From: Azolla caroliniana
Lineage: Eukaryota; Plantae; Polypodiophyta
DNA length: 64,000 bases
Direction: 5' to 3'
NCBI GenBank assembly: GCA_043228905.1
Contig: JBHGNT010000005.1
Location: 18,228,001 to 18,292,000 of the forward strand
The position numbers and the translations under genes are program-made. Below, one piece after another: positions 24,840-37,619 of the stretch. The stretch's first letter is position 1. The number at the start of each line of letters is the position of its first letter. The notes under the pieces were generated by a model that saw only the letters and a list, made by a program, of their open reading frames with translations, was not told where the DNA came from and did not search any database.

Positions 24840-27800
24840 CTGTATCGAGTTCCTGTTTAAAACCTAAACTTTAAACAGGAACTCGATACGCCGTATTGAG
24901 TTCCTATATAAAAGAAGGCCCTAAAAGAGAAAAATTGTGTTTTTGGGGCAACAATTAATTATTGTGTGGAAAAGATAACAAACTGTCTGTCAAAATCAGT
25001 CTTTTTTATGTTGACTTGCCTTACTTTTTAAAAAAAACATGCCCTAATTATAGGTGTTTTATGACCTACTATAGCTTAAAATAGTAGAAAATAACCCACA
25101 AATTACCTTTATGATAGCAAATTCTCCTCAATATAGGTCTGGAATCAATATAAGTCATACCTCCTCTTTAAAAGAATATATAACCATGTATACTTATTAC
25201 GATATATATTTTCTAGTTTGAATAGCCCTGCCTAGAATAGATTTTTGAATATAGGACTACCATGTACTCTGAATGCATGATTGATATTCTCACTTCACCA
25301 CTAATCGCCTACTAGTGAGAACCGTTCTTCATCTACTTATTTATATTTTAATATACAACCTTAATCTACGTGACCACCTAACTTATGTTTTTGCATGTAC
25401 TTTCTTAAATAGGTCGTTTGAGAACCTGTCGGACTGACCCGTGAAGAAAATAAAGCTTCACATACAGGGTTCTCCAATCGAAGCACAGACCAAGGTAGCT
25501 CCCGAGTCCATGAAGAGAGGAAAAAAGCTTCTCTTCAACGAGGAGTCAAAATCTCAACCACACATTGATGTTAGCCAAAAGAAACTTGTAGCAGCTACTG
25601 GAGGTGAAGACCTTCCTGACCGTGATCTAACGGACAAGGAATGGTGTATGCAATACGTCGACTCAAAGAAAAAAGTCGTATTGTATACAACAAAGAAGAA
25701 GGGGAGGGGCAGCTTGGAAAGGAAACCCCATTTATGTATGGCCGTATTCTATGATTTGACTACGAAGATGCAGATTCGGCCAACATACTGGTAATGATAG
25801 AGTGCTCCAAGGGGGTACGTAAAGTGTTCCTTTCAGAAGATCTTTTAGTAAAGGAATCTTGTGGGCCAGAAGCGTTCAAAAAAGATCTTGAAAGCTCACA
25901 AAACCTTATTGTTACCTTGAGGCCTTATATACAAGGCCATGTAACTCTAAGAGATGAAGTGCCCTCCCCATTGAAGGCCACAAAAAGGGTATCCAAAGTC
26001 CAATCAAGACCACCAAAGAAGAAGACAACCAAAATGTCGGACTCCGATTCAACAAGTGAAAATGAAGAGGAGGACAATAAGGGGACGCCAGGAATTGAGC
26101 TGGCATCGGGTGTTTTGTCATCTGAGCAGAATAAGATAAGGAGAGAGTTAATGCAGCGTAAACTGGTTAGGAAAGGGCAAGTGTTTAATTTTCCTATAAC
26201 ACACATCCATCGGTATTGTTGTAGATGGTAATGTTAAGTCCGATGGTCTTCGAAAATATGAGTCTTGGTTTCAATTGGCGTTTAGAGATGGAGAAGTATG
26301 GGACCTACAAGATCAAATCTTCTCAATGTGGGAGAATAAGGAGGTAAAGCGTCAACGACAAAAGAAATGTAAGGTTGACCCTCAACTAGAGTTAATGTCA
26401 CAAGCCGCCAAGAAAATTGACTTGACAATTGAAGAAGCGACAGACGACATGAAGCTGTCTCTGTGGAGAGCGATGCAAGGTGTTGAGCTGTTGGCATGGG
26501 ACCATAATAATGATAATGACTATAGGCAGAAAATGTCGTCGATTGAGCGTATACGGTTCTTCCACCACGAGTATTTGGACGTGAAACAAAAGTTTGGTGT
26601 GAAATTACATCTAGGCCTACGACATCAATGTCTGCATGAAGTTGGTATTATTGTACATGGTAATGTTAAGTCCGATGGTCTTCGAAAATATGAGTCTTGG
26701 TTTCAATTGGCGTTTAGAGATGGAGAAGTATGGGACCTACAAGATCAAATCTTCTCAATGTGGGAGAATAAGGAGGTAAAGCATCAACGACAAAAGAAAT
26801 GTAAGGTTGACCCTCAACTAGAGTTAAAGTCACAAGCCGCCAAGAAAATTGACTTGACAATTGAAGAAGTGACAGACGACATGAAGCTGTCTCTGTGGAG
26901 AGCGATGCAAGGTATTAAGGACGAGCAGCTTCTTGTGTCTGTTTTGTCAAGGGTTGTGGCGAAAGATTTAAGCCTTGAAGAAATGGTCACTGAGTTCAAT
27001 AAGTAAGTCTTTGAAATACTGAAATTGTAGTCTATATGGTGTAATTCAAAGTTCTAATCTTGATTTCTATTTTTACAGTCATAAGGTGTACATGAAGATC
27101 CAAGAAGTTATGATGAAACAACTTGGATGTATAACTTGGGAACAAGTGACCGAGGATTATCCTCTAACGTCTTCATATAAGGCGTTATCAGAGTATTTTA
27201 TTGCATTCAAGGATTGGGTTAGTATTGGTGGTTTTTCATTACCCTTTCATCATATGTAGAGCTTGTATAATAATACCTGATGTCCTATTGCTTCTATTAG
27301 AAACCGTGTCGAGGTAAGAAACAAGGAGAAGTTAAGGATATACACGATTTCCCTACATCCTTCCTTGCACATCTTGAGCGAGCCAGAAAAGAAAAGGATA
27401 GTCGCTTAGTCAAGGCATATGAAATGGAGGAAGATGGCTCCTTTAAAAAATTTAGCCACAAAAAAGATATTACGAGAGATCTTTACTACAATGTGGTTTG
27501 CGGTGATGCCGTCGACTTTATCCAAAAGGTGCCAAAGAAGGAATATACGCTAATGATTGTGGATATTCCTTACGGATTTCGAATGGCTGGGTCATCATAC
27601 GATGATGAACCATTTAGGTTTAAACAATTGGAGAAGATGGTCAAGGATTTCGCTGAGCTAACGACTGCATCCTTGTGGCGAATAGTTGTCTTTCATAGTA
27701 TGAACTAAAGGTATTCGGTAGCTCAAGCTTTGAGATCTCGTTGCTATGGCATCGAGAACCTTGCATGGTAAGGATTATTTATAGGTGTCTTTCACTATAT

Positions 27801-29639
27801 TGCATTTCTTAAGGTTGTTCAATCAATTCTTAACTCGATGTATTATTTTTTATAGGATCAAAACCAATGTAAATAGAGGGCCAACTTTTCGGTTCGTTAA
27901 TGCCATTGAATACATCATGGTTGGCTACTTCGATGAAATTAAGAAACAGAGAATCAAGGAGCATTCTAATGAAGTGGGAGGTTCAAATTTGTTGGTATAT
28001 CCAACAGTGACACGGAAATTGCGACATGTCACCACGACAGAATGGGGACTTGTCAACCCATATCAAAAACCTCATCGACTTATGATGCGCTTGATTGAGA
28101 TGTTTTCTATCGAAGGAGACTGGATATTAGATCTCTTTTGTGGCACAGGTATTCCTCGAACTAGGGTAACGATCTTGAGATAACCAATACCGAATCTTTT
28201 TTGTTTGACAACTAAATCTTCTTGTTACTTACTTCACAAGAACGACGTCTGCATGTGCATTGAAGCTCTTTAGAAATACAGTTGCATTGGAGAAGGACGA
28301 GGAGTAGGTTATATTTATTAATATGTGGATTAAGGCTTTGTGGGAGTGCCCAAACCAGGATGAGGAGGTCGGTGCAAAGAACCTCGCTAATACAAGAAGG
28401 TTTCAACCTGCTTCATGAGAACCTATTCCTCCGTTAGCCGGCGAATCGGGGGAGCTAATAGAGCTTGATGATGAGCTTATAGAAGATATTTCGTTGGCTC
28501 GGCTAACAGGGGAAGCCAATGCACGTATAGCCGAAGAGAGTTCTACACAAGATGATGAAGAAAATGACGTTGATGAATTGATTGCTATGTAATAGACTCT
28601 ATGAAGAAAATGACATTGATGATTTGTTTGGATTTCACATTATTAATACAAATTTTGGGTTTTACCTAGTGGATTCTATTCTTTATAATCTTCTATATGT
28701 TTCAATTTTATTTTTATATACTTGGTTAGTAGATTTATGACATTGGTTTCACCGCGTGCATAGTTGACTACCAAATTTATGGAGAAACATGAATTAGTTT
28801 AAATTGAGGCTGATTTTGGTCCAAGCTAACCTTAACAGAACACGGCCCTACAATTGTTGCCATGACTGTCCATGTTGTTATTATGGATCTTTGTCTTCTA
28901 TTGTTAAAACTATTATGTTTCTATTCCATTGCTGCTTAGATTGTGTAGTGTGTTGATAATGGTTCCACTTGCGTTATCGTTCAGAGTTTGATCCTGTGTG
29001 AATCACCTAAGCAATAGAGTAGATCAATTTTAAATACAGATATGAAAGCCTTAATAGGTTTGTTATTTCCACGACATTATCCTAAAGTTCACTGCCTTAC
29101 ATTGTCCACAATTATATACATATGGTTTGATCCCATATGAACAAACTTTGGAATAGATTAGATCAACTTTAAATACAAGTATTGAATACTTTAATAAGTT
29201 AGTTATTCCAATCACTTATCCTAATGTGCACTATCCTACATTTTCCACAATTATATACATGTACGTATGGGTCAAAGTATAAATTATAACTCATTTTATT
29301 AGTATGGATACAAGTACACCTTATATTTTTGTAAAACTTACTTAATTAATATAAGTCTTTAAGTTAGTGTTTCCCTTGTCGCACAATAGTGACATATTGA
29401 GCCATTGTTGAACTTTATTATGCCTACATTAACTTATCAACGCGTCCAAACTTGCATGATTTCTAATGATCTCCACTCGTAGACCTATCATGTATTTTTA
29501 TATTTGCAAATTCTCATCAAGTTGAGGAACATGTGATACTAGTGCATCCAATTTTTGTAGAGAGGGTGTATTTGCTTCATTTTAAGAAGATTCTACAAGT
29601 GGAATGTGCAATCCTTCCACTTGTAAACGCGAATGTGTT
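24840..29639. mobile_element. Right arm of the ParB-MTase DNA transposon, copy 1 (left arm lost)
   Basis: Collinear with about 51960-56785. Remnant palindromes at 24840-24905, cargo gene, and right TIR at 29604-29639 (4 mismatches to copy 2). Confidence 0.9.
25413..28592 (+). pseudogene. ParB-like/amino-MTase cargo gene, copy 1 (exons 2-6, rearranged)
   Basis: GDAVDFIQKVPKKEYTLMIVDIPYG, NPYQKP and WILDLFCGTG; same introns as copy 2. ParB core deleted, about 270 bp duplicated, stops present. Confidence 0.85.
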
Positions 29640-29966
29640 TCAAGCAATGACAACGGAAAGCTTTTGTGGACCGACACTGAAGAGGGAAAAGGACTTCGTA
29701 ATCGGCAAACTGGTATTGGTATTCTAGACCCAGATGGGCAACATGCCGGGGAAGCCAAGGTTCAGGTTGACCGGACTATTTTGGATCACGAGAGAGTTCA
29801 AAGGACCGACATAGGTATGTCCAAGGAACTAGAGGAACAAAAGGAAAAGGCAACAGGAGACGAAGCGATAGCCGACAAGGAGGTCACCGGCAAAGCCCCA
29901 ATGGCAGCGAAGCCGCTACATTCGAAAGTGTTGGAGAACTCAATAGCACTCGGAATGGTAGGATAG

Positions 29967-32479
29967 TTTTGAGATGACAAGCTCAACCGGATCCGGATCG
30001 GCTCAATAAGCCAGAGCCAGATCCAAGTTCGGAACGAAGAACCAGATCAGTGCCCGAATGATATCCGAAACCAAGAGCCGGATCGGATTGTAACCGGTAG
30101 GCCATTAGAGGCCTACGAATCTAGCCTAGTACGTACGCATATTTTTAGGAGTCAGTGTCAGTTGCTCGTATGAGCATTGAAGTACTTGTCAGTACTTCTA
30201 TTAGCCCTTTTGAAGGACTTGTATAAAAGTGCTCATTGAGCACATTGTATGTACATAGTGTTCTTATTCGATTTAAGTTTTACTGTTCTGCCCTCTTTGT
30301 CTCTCCCGTGTATTTTTAAGGTTCCACTAAACTTGTCTGTATTCTGTTGTTGTTCGGTTGAGCCGGTTCTATCTTAGCTTCTGCATATTCACTTTTACAT
30401 GGTATCAGAGCGCGAGGGTTGAGAACCTCGACACCCGATGAGTGATTTCTGAAGACAAACCCTAACACTCGGTAAAGAACAAATAGATGAAAATATATGG
30501 ACTGAGGAATGGCTAGCTCGCTCCCATGGAGAAGCTGGACAGATCCAACTATGCATCTTGGTCGTACAAGATGCACTAGTACTTGCTCGGGCATGGTTAC
30601 TGGAGTTATGTCGATGAAGCTAATGATACAACACCTGATGCTACACACAGGGATTTCCCGATTTGGGAACAAGCAACAAGTAGAGTTATGTAATGCTTCG
30701 CGTCAAGTGTCGACGATCACCTGTTGAGCCATATCCGGGATGCCAAGACACTCAAGGAAACTTGGGGAAACCTGAAGAAGGTCTTCGGTGTAAGCACCAC
30801 GACCCAGAAGCTGCAACTCCGGTAGGAGTTGAGCAATGTTCGACAGAAGGACATGTCCATGACTGACAATACGGCCCGGATCAAAGAAATCTGCGACTCA
30901 CTTGCCTCTATCAACGTGAACATCTAAGAAGATGAGATGGTGCAGGTTTGTCTCGGGGGCCTGACGTCAAAGTTCGGAGCATTCCGGACGACGGTCTCTG
31001 TACAAGGGAGAATAGGCTCTTGTTTTTCAACCTACAATCAATGCTCCTAGTAGAGGAGAACCACGCGGGTGCGTCAATGAGCACGCACATCGATAGCAGG
31101 ATGTTGTACATAGAGGCGGATCGGCCCCATGGTCGTGGCGGACAAGGCGGATTAGCATGTGGTGGAAGCGATTGACAAGAGCAAAATCGGAGGCACAATG
31201 ATGGTGCAGACAACAGTTCCAGACCCTCCACAAGCAGGGGGAGTCAAGGCGGTGCCAGGAGCCGTAGGAGAAGACTGTGATGGATTGTTGGTACTGTGGC
31301 CGGAAGGGCCACAAAGAGAGCGAGTGTTAGAAGAAGTGCGCCGATTCGGACAAATCCGGATCCGGCAAGGCCAATCGAGGAAACTGGCAAAGCTCGTATT
31401 ATGCGGAAGGACTAGAAGGATCCGGTTCCGGAAATGGAATGGGCCCAACCTTTGTGATGAAGCACAAGGTGAACTCAATGAAGAAGACCACTTCCAGATT
31501 GGAGGAAGAGTGGTACATTGAATCTGGAGCATGACGAACCATGAATAATGGTTCTCGTTTTTGGAAAAGCCGAAGCAATCAGGAGTTGTCGAAACCAGAG
31601 ATGACACTCCTCACCCAATCGTGCATGTCGGAGAAATTCCCTTGAGTCATGTTGGACAGAAAGGGAAGCTTATGAACGTGCTTCACATCCCGACAATCAC
31701 AAAGAACCTATTGTCGGTCGGACAGATTGTTGACCAAGGGATGCAAGTGTGGTTTACGCACCTCGGGTGCTTCATTGAGGAAGAGGGCCAGATCATCGTG
31801 CAAGGGCGCCGGGACGGGAGGATGTTTATCCTCAACACCAACGACGTAGACAACACTATATTCCCAAAAGGGTAGAAGGTCGAGTCAGACTTCCGGAAGC
31901 TTCATGAGCTGCAGTCGGAACACATAGTTTCCGGACTACCGATGTTCAGTGGCCCGAAAGATCAAGTATGTGAAGCTTGCCAGCTCAAGAAGCAACATAG
32001 GCTTCCATTCCCCAATGAGAAGAATTGGAGACTGAATCGGCTTGATCTCATCCATTCAGATTTGTGGGGATCGACACAAAACATGAGCATCGGTGGGAGT
32101 CGGTATTTTGTCTCCTTCATCAACGATTTCACCCGATACACTTGAATCTATCAAATCGAGAAGAAAAGCGAAGTCTTCTCGTGCTTCCGAGATTTGAAGA
32201 ACCTTGTCGAATGTAAAACCGGAAGAAAGATCAAGTGTCTGAGATCGGATGGCGAAAAATAGTACTTTTCCGGCTAGTTCACGAGTTATCTATAGATCTA
32301 TAGACGAAGGGAATCTGACGGGAATTCTCTTGCAGATACACACCGGAGCAGAAGGACGTGGCCGAGCGTCGGGACAGGGCGCTGGTAGAAGCGGCAAGGA
32401 TGATGCTTGAGAAGAAAAGCATGCCGAAGTTTTATTAGGCTAAAGCAATTCGGACAGCCATCTACATCCAGAATCAGAT
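29967..32479 (+). mobile_element. Copia A-family element (LTR, PBS, gag, PR, integrase), interrupted by the DNA transposon
   Basis: LTR about 29967-30399 and PBS TGGTATCAGAGC at 30400-30411; collinear with 827-3895. Confidence 0.88.
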
Positions 32480-32515
32480 AACACGTTCGCGTTCACAAGT
32501 GGAAGGATCGCGCAT
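32480..32515 (+). repeat. Left TIR
   Basis: AACACGTTCGCGTTCACAAGTGGAAGGATCGCGCAT. Confidence 0.95.
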
Positions 32516-35500
32516 AAATGGCAGGATAAGGAATATTTTGGTTGATTTTAGTACTTTTTCAATGATTTTACAAAACACATTGATACCAGTATCATACATG
32601 TTCAAATATACTATGAAAAAGGTTAAAAATCCACCATTTTCGTGATTTAGAAATAAATATAAAGAGAGGAATTTCAAAAAGTTACATTCTCAAATTATAT
32701 CACAAACTTTACAACCAATGTTATTTTATAAGAAACTCTTTTTTAGAAATCATAAGAATTCAAAACACATGCTTTTATATTACTCAATTTGTTACAAGCG
32801 GAATGTAGTTACACTTAATAGCCAAAAATACATTCATGATCACTCCTTTACGGAGAATCGTTACTATAACTAATATACAATGACGATTCCTCCTCGTCAT
32901 CCTCGAATGTACCAATCAATGCATTATCTTCTTCATAAACCAAATGGTTTGACTCTAGATTATATGTAGCAGATCTCGTTTGCCTTCGACTCAAGCCAGC
33001 TTGTAGACTTGGTACTTTTTCTTTTATTATATCTATTGTTGACTTCCTTAATCGTCCGGCTTTTGTAAGCTTGAAGTCATACATGATGATATCCACATCA
33101 GAGATATCAAGGGTCGAGGTGTTACGAATGTTTCGCTTCCTCTTCCTACCTCCCCTTGTCGTTGGGCATTCAATCATCTCCAATGTATACTTACCTGTAA
33201 AAGCATTTGCACTTCTAGTGTTGTACCAATGAACGTTTATAGACTTGATCGTGTTTTCTATTTCATGCATTAACACTTCTAGAATTTTACCAACCCAAAA
33301 TTGGTGGCCATGTGAGTTCTCATCAGCTGGCGTTGCAATCAACATCCCTGCCGCGAGCTCTTGCAAATTGCCTTGCCATCTAGCTTCGGCTGCTTTGGTC
33401 ATCCTTCGTTCCACATAAATGTCTCTTTGTTGTGGATGGACCAAACTGTCATTAATCGCATTTGTTGGTTGCTCCGGAGTTTTATTTACACAATCATGTT
33501 GTAGCGACCATGTGAATGGCATTTCCAAATTCCAATTATCACCAAATACACAATTGTCTATAATTTCTTTCTGATCACTAAAACATACATCCCACCATGA
33601 CGTTGTCGTAGTGTAATTCGCACACTACGTGAAAATTGCATTTTGGTCCCTCCGGATGGGACAAGGAGGAACCGGTAAGGAGAACTGGATGAAGGATGGA
33701 ACCGGTAAGGAGGACCCGGTAAGGAGACCCAGTAAGAACCGGATCAAGTAGAACTGGCAAGAGCCAGATAAAGAAGGCCGATGAGAGTCTCTCACTAGAT
33801 GAAGAGACAAATTTGTAAATAGAAGAAAAGATTGTTACATGCATAGGGTAGGATTCGAACCCTATACCTCCATGTAAATAAACCAGAACTTTACTATTGT
33901 AATAACTTATCATAAGTGATATATGGCTTATATTTACGCCTACTTTTACAAGAAGGCAGATCATGCACTTTTAGAGTGGGTGAAAACTTTATCTAGAAGA
34001 AACAAGCAAACAAAAGAAAAGTTACTCATGCATGCTTAGCGTGCATGAACACTGTATTTAGGAATGTAAGGATTGACCAATATAATATAATATATTCGTG
34101 GGATTCACGAATTTGTCAAAAAAATTTGTCTCTTACTATCTAAATACTGATTAAGTACACTAAACTCGAGGGATTCACGAGATTCGTAACTTACCTCTCT
34201 TTCTACCTATTCATTTCTAGCCTTATCTCATATTCTTCTTTCTCCTAGTCCAAAACCTCAGTGGTTCCCACCCGACTCACACAACGATCCGGAGCCGAAA
34301 GGCATGACACAAGTGGTGAACCTGACGTGAAACCGGGTGGCAAGGAGATGGAAATTCAACCAGAGGTTAACAACATGATGGCGATGTTCGAGCAGATGCT
34401 ACAAGAACAACGCGCGATGTCGGAGATTGCGGCGGCAGTAGAGCGGCTCGTGCAACAGAACGGGCAATTCAATGGGAAAGATGGGTCACGGTTTTTGCGA
34501 GATTACAAGGCAGAAATGCTACGGTGCGGAATTTCGGAAGCATTACAAGTGACATCCTTCCACCGGGTGGCGACCCACGGTCTTCAAGGGAGTATCCACA
34601 GGATACAACAGTTGAATCCGACATAGGAAGCATTTGAAGAGGCCTTAAAGACCACGTTCGCCATTGAGGACTTCTCCAAGGCAACGAGGAGAGGATTCGA
34701 AGATTGGGTGGAAATGCCGGACAAGGGGATGAAGGTTCTAGATGTGTTTTCGGCATTAGAAAGTCGGTTCGGGAGGTTGTCCGCGAGAGATCAAGCTATC
34801 CTCACACCAGACAAAGTGATCATGTTCCTACGAGTCGTGGACGTCCGGGACCGAAAAGATCTTGGAGTGCTTCTAGAGGACACGACCACCGAGAGTGGCC
34901 TCACCGATACATGGGATAACGTGCGAGATATCATGGCACGATACACAAAGAGAGGGCAATGGATTGCTAAAGAAGAAAAGAGGGTTTCGGAACTAATTCT
35001 GAAACCGAGATCCGGATTGGAAGACCATCAACCGTGGGCTCGGGAGACTACGACCGAGAAGGGAATCGACGCAACCACGGTGGAGCAGTTGTTGAAGGAG
35101 ATGGAGAATCTAAAAATCGCGATGGTGAAGAAGTTGGATGACCGTCCCACAAGTTCCAAGTATATGGATCGTCGGTGTATATGGTGTGATAGTACCGAAC
35201 ATGATAGGAGGGATTGCGACGAGCACAAGGAGGCGTTACGACGAGATCTTATCTACTACGAGGGAAATCAGATTCATTCGATGGACTCTCGGAAGCCACT
35301 CCGACCGAACTTCCGAAAAGGTGGCATCCGTAAGCTACGGGATGGGAGTGCCCCGTCGATAAGAATAGCGTGTATGCCTTATGTCAATTGCATGGAGTGT
35401 ATATAGACGAGAAACGATGGCGCACAGATGATGCGGCCGGACCATCGAAGACACCAGAAAGCTAGAACTCCAGAGGGAAGGGAAAAGAAAAGATGATTTC

Positions 35501-37619
35501 GGCATTCAAGCTAGCGTCGGACATAGAACAACAAACGGACTTGAAGAAGGTGTTCGAGGAGAGAATCCTCGATAACCGGGTAGAATTTTCGCTTCGGGAA
35601 CTACTCGGAATAGCGAAGAAGGAGTTCCATGATCTTCTTGTGAATCTCGTAAAGAGGAAAAGACAAAGTACAGAGGAAAATGCTCCAAGGGTGAATGCAA
35701 ATACTGTTTTAATGAATGACACAGAATTGGAGGACGAAATTCCGAACTCCCACTACACAAGGCCACATTGGGCACGTGCAACTACAGAGATTCCGGTCCG
35801 AATGAGCAACATCAAAGAGCCCGTGCTAGCATTGATTGATCACGGATCGGAGATCAACTAGATGTCCAAGGAGTTCTACTGGAAGGGGAAGTGGCCTATT
35901 AATACTAATCATCAATGGAAGATCCGGGCAGCCACTAAAGCAACAGAAGACCTATTTGCGGCTTGTCCGGATGTGACGGTGAAGATCAGAGATGTAGAGA
36001 TAGACCAAAATTTCTTTGTGCAAGATGAGGTCTCATACTCCATGATCCTCGGGCAACCCTTTATCACGACATCACGGATGGAGACGAAGCTGCTCGATAG
36101 CGGTGTGGCTTTCGCACGAATTCGAAGTCAAAGCGTAGGGAAATTCATCCAATTCCTAACTGTGCATGCGAATCATGAAAGGAACAAGAGGGAGCTCTTG
36201 TCCCAAACAAAGATGGATTTTTAGAGTGGATTGTTGTGGAGTGGGGAAGTGATAGTCCAAGAAGCCCTGATACCCCACACACGAAGAAAACTCTTGGAGC
36301 AAAACAAGTACGAATCAGTCTGGATGGGGCATCTACGTACACGGCCGTAACCGGAGGAATGAAGAAAGAATACCAGAAAGTAGAGGATAAGTTACGGTCA
36401 GCATCAATAATAAAAGAAGACGAAGAAATCGTGGGAGTAGTCGAAGAAGTGTTCTATGGGAGCACGCTACAATGACTTGAAGAGCTTGCGAAAGAAAATA
36501 GCCAAGGAGACCAGGTAGTTCCAGTGGAATCGGTCGAGATGTACGAGATCATTCGGTGAAAAAAAAAAATGAGACTATGGATGATCGGGGATGCCAACAG
36601 TTCATAGTCGACCATATTTGCGATTGCGAGAAAGTGTTACGAAAGTTAGAAGATGTGTACCTAACACTTTCCAGAGAGAAATTGGCATTCAAACAAGAAG
36701 AAATATTGGTAGTCGGACATTTATGTGGGCCCTATGGCCGAAGACCGTCACCAACCAAGATCAATGCGATTCAAGCTATGAAAGAAGTATGCGAGTCACA
36801 ATCCGAAGTCCGAAGGTTTCTTGGAGCATGTGCATTCTATCACATATGGATTCCGCACTATGCACATATTGCGAACCCACTCTATCACTTGTTGCGGAAG
36901 GGTAAGAAGTTCGAATGGAGATCGGAACATGCCAAAGCCATGAACAAGCTTCAGAAAACACTACGGAGGGCAGAATCACTTAAGAAGCCGAGCTATGACC
37001 GACCGATCATAGTAACAGTTGACACAAGTCCAAATGGTATCGGATGGGTCATCAATCAAGCTGACTCGGATGGTTCGCGATATCCGATCCGATTCGGAGC
37101 AAAGGTTCTCAACGAAAGGCAACGCGGGTATGCACAAGTCAAAAGAGAATTATGGGGAGTCATGTCGGCAATCAAATCGGATTGAGATTATTTGATCAGA
37201 GCCAAAGTAGTGATCGAAATGGATTGTCTTCCGATACTCGGGATGATGCTGTGTTGTACTATACCGGATGTGCCTATGCTAAGGTGAATTGCATATGTTA
37301 AGTCACTTAATCCGGAGGTACGACACATCTCCGGAAAAGACAACGCGGTAGCGGATATGCTATCAAGGGCGCGGTTCGGAGACGACATAAACGAATTCGA
37401 TAATGAAGAAGTTTCCGAAGACTACTTTGCTTCAGAGCACATATGCCGGGTGAACATAATCCGAGAATTCCGGGAAGAAGAATACAAGGGAGAAAGCTTG
37501 CTGATTGGGAAAGTGCTACAAGAAATCGAGGAATCATCGGACAATAAAGCGAAGAGAGCCGAGATCCGAAGTAAGAAGCGGCAAGTCCGAAAGTTCTTCT
37601 TGAAAAATGGATTAATATG

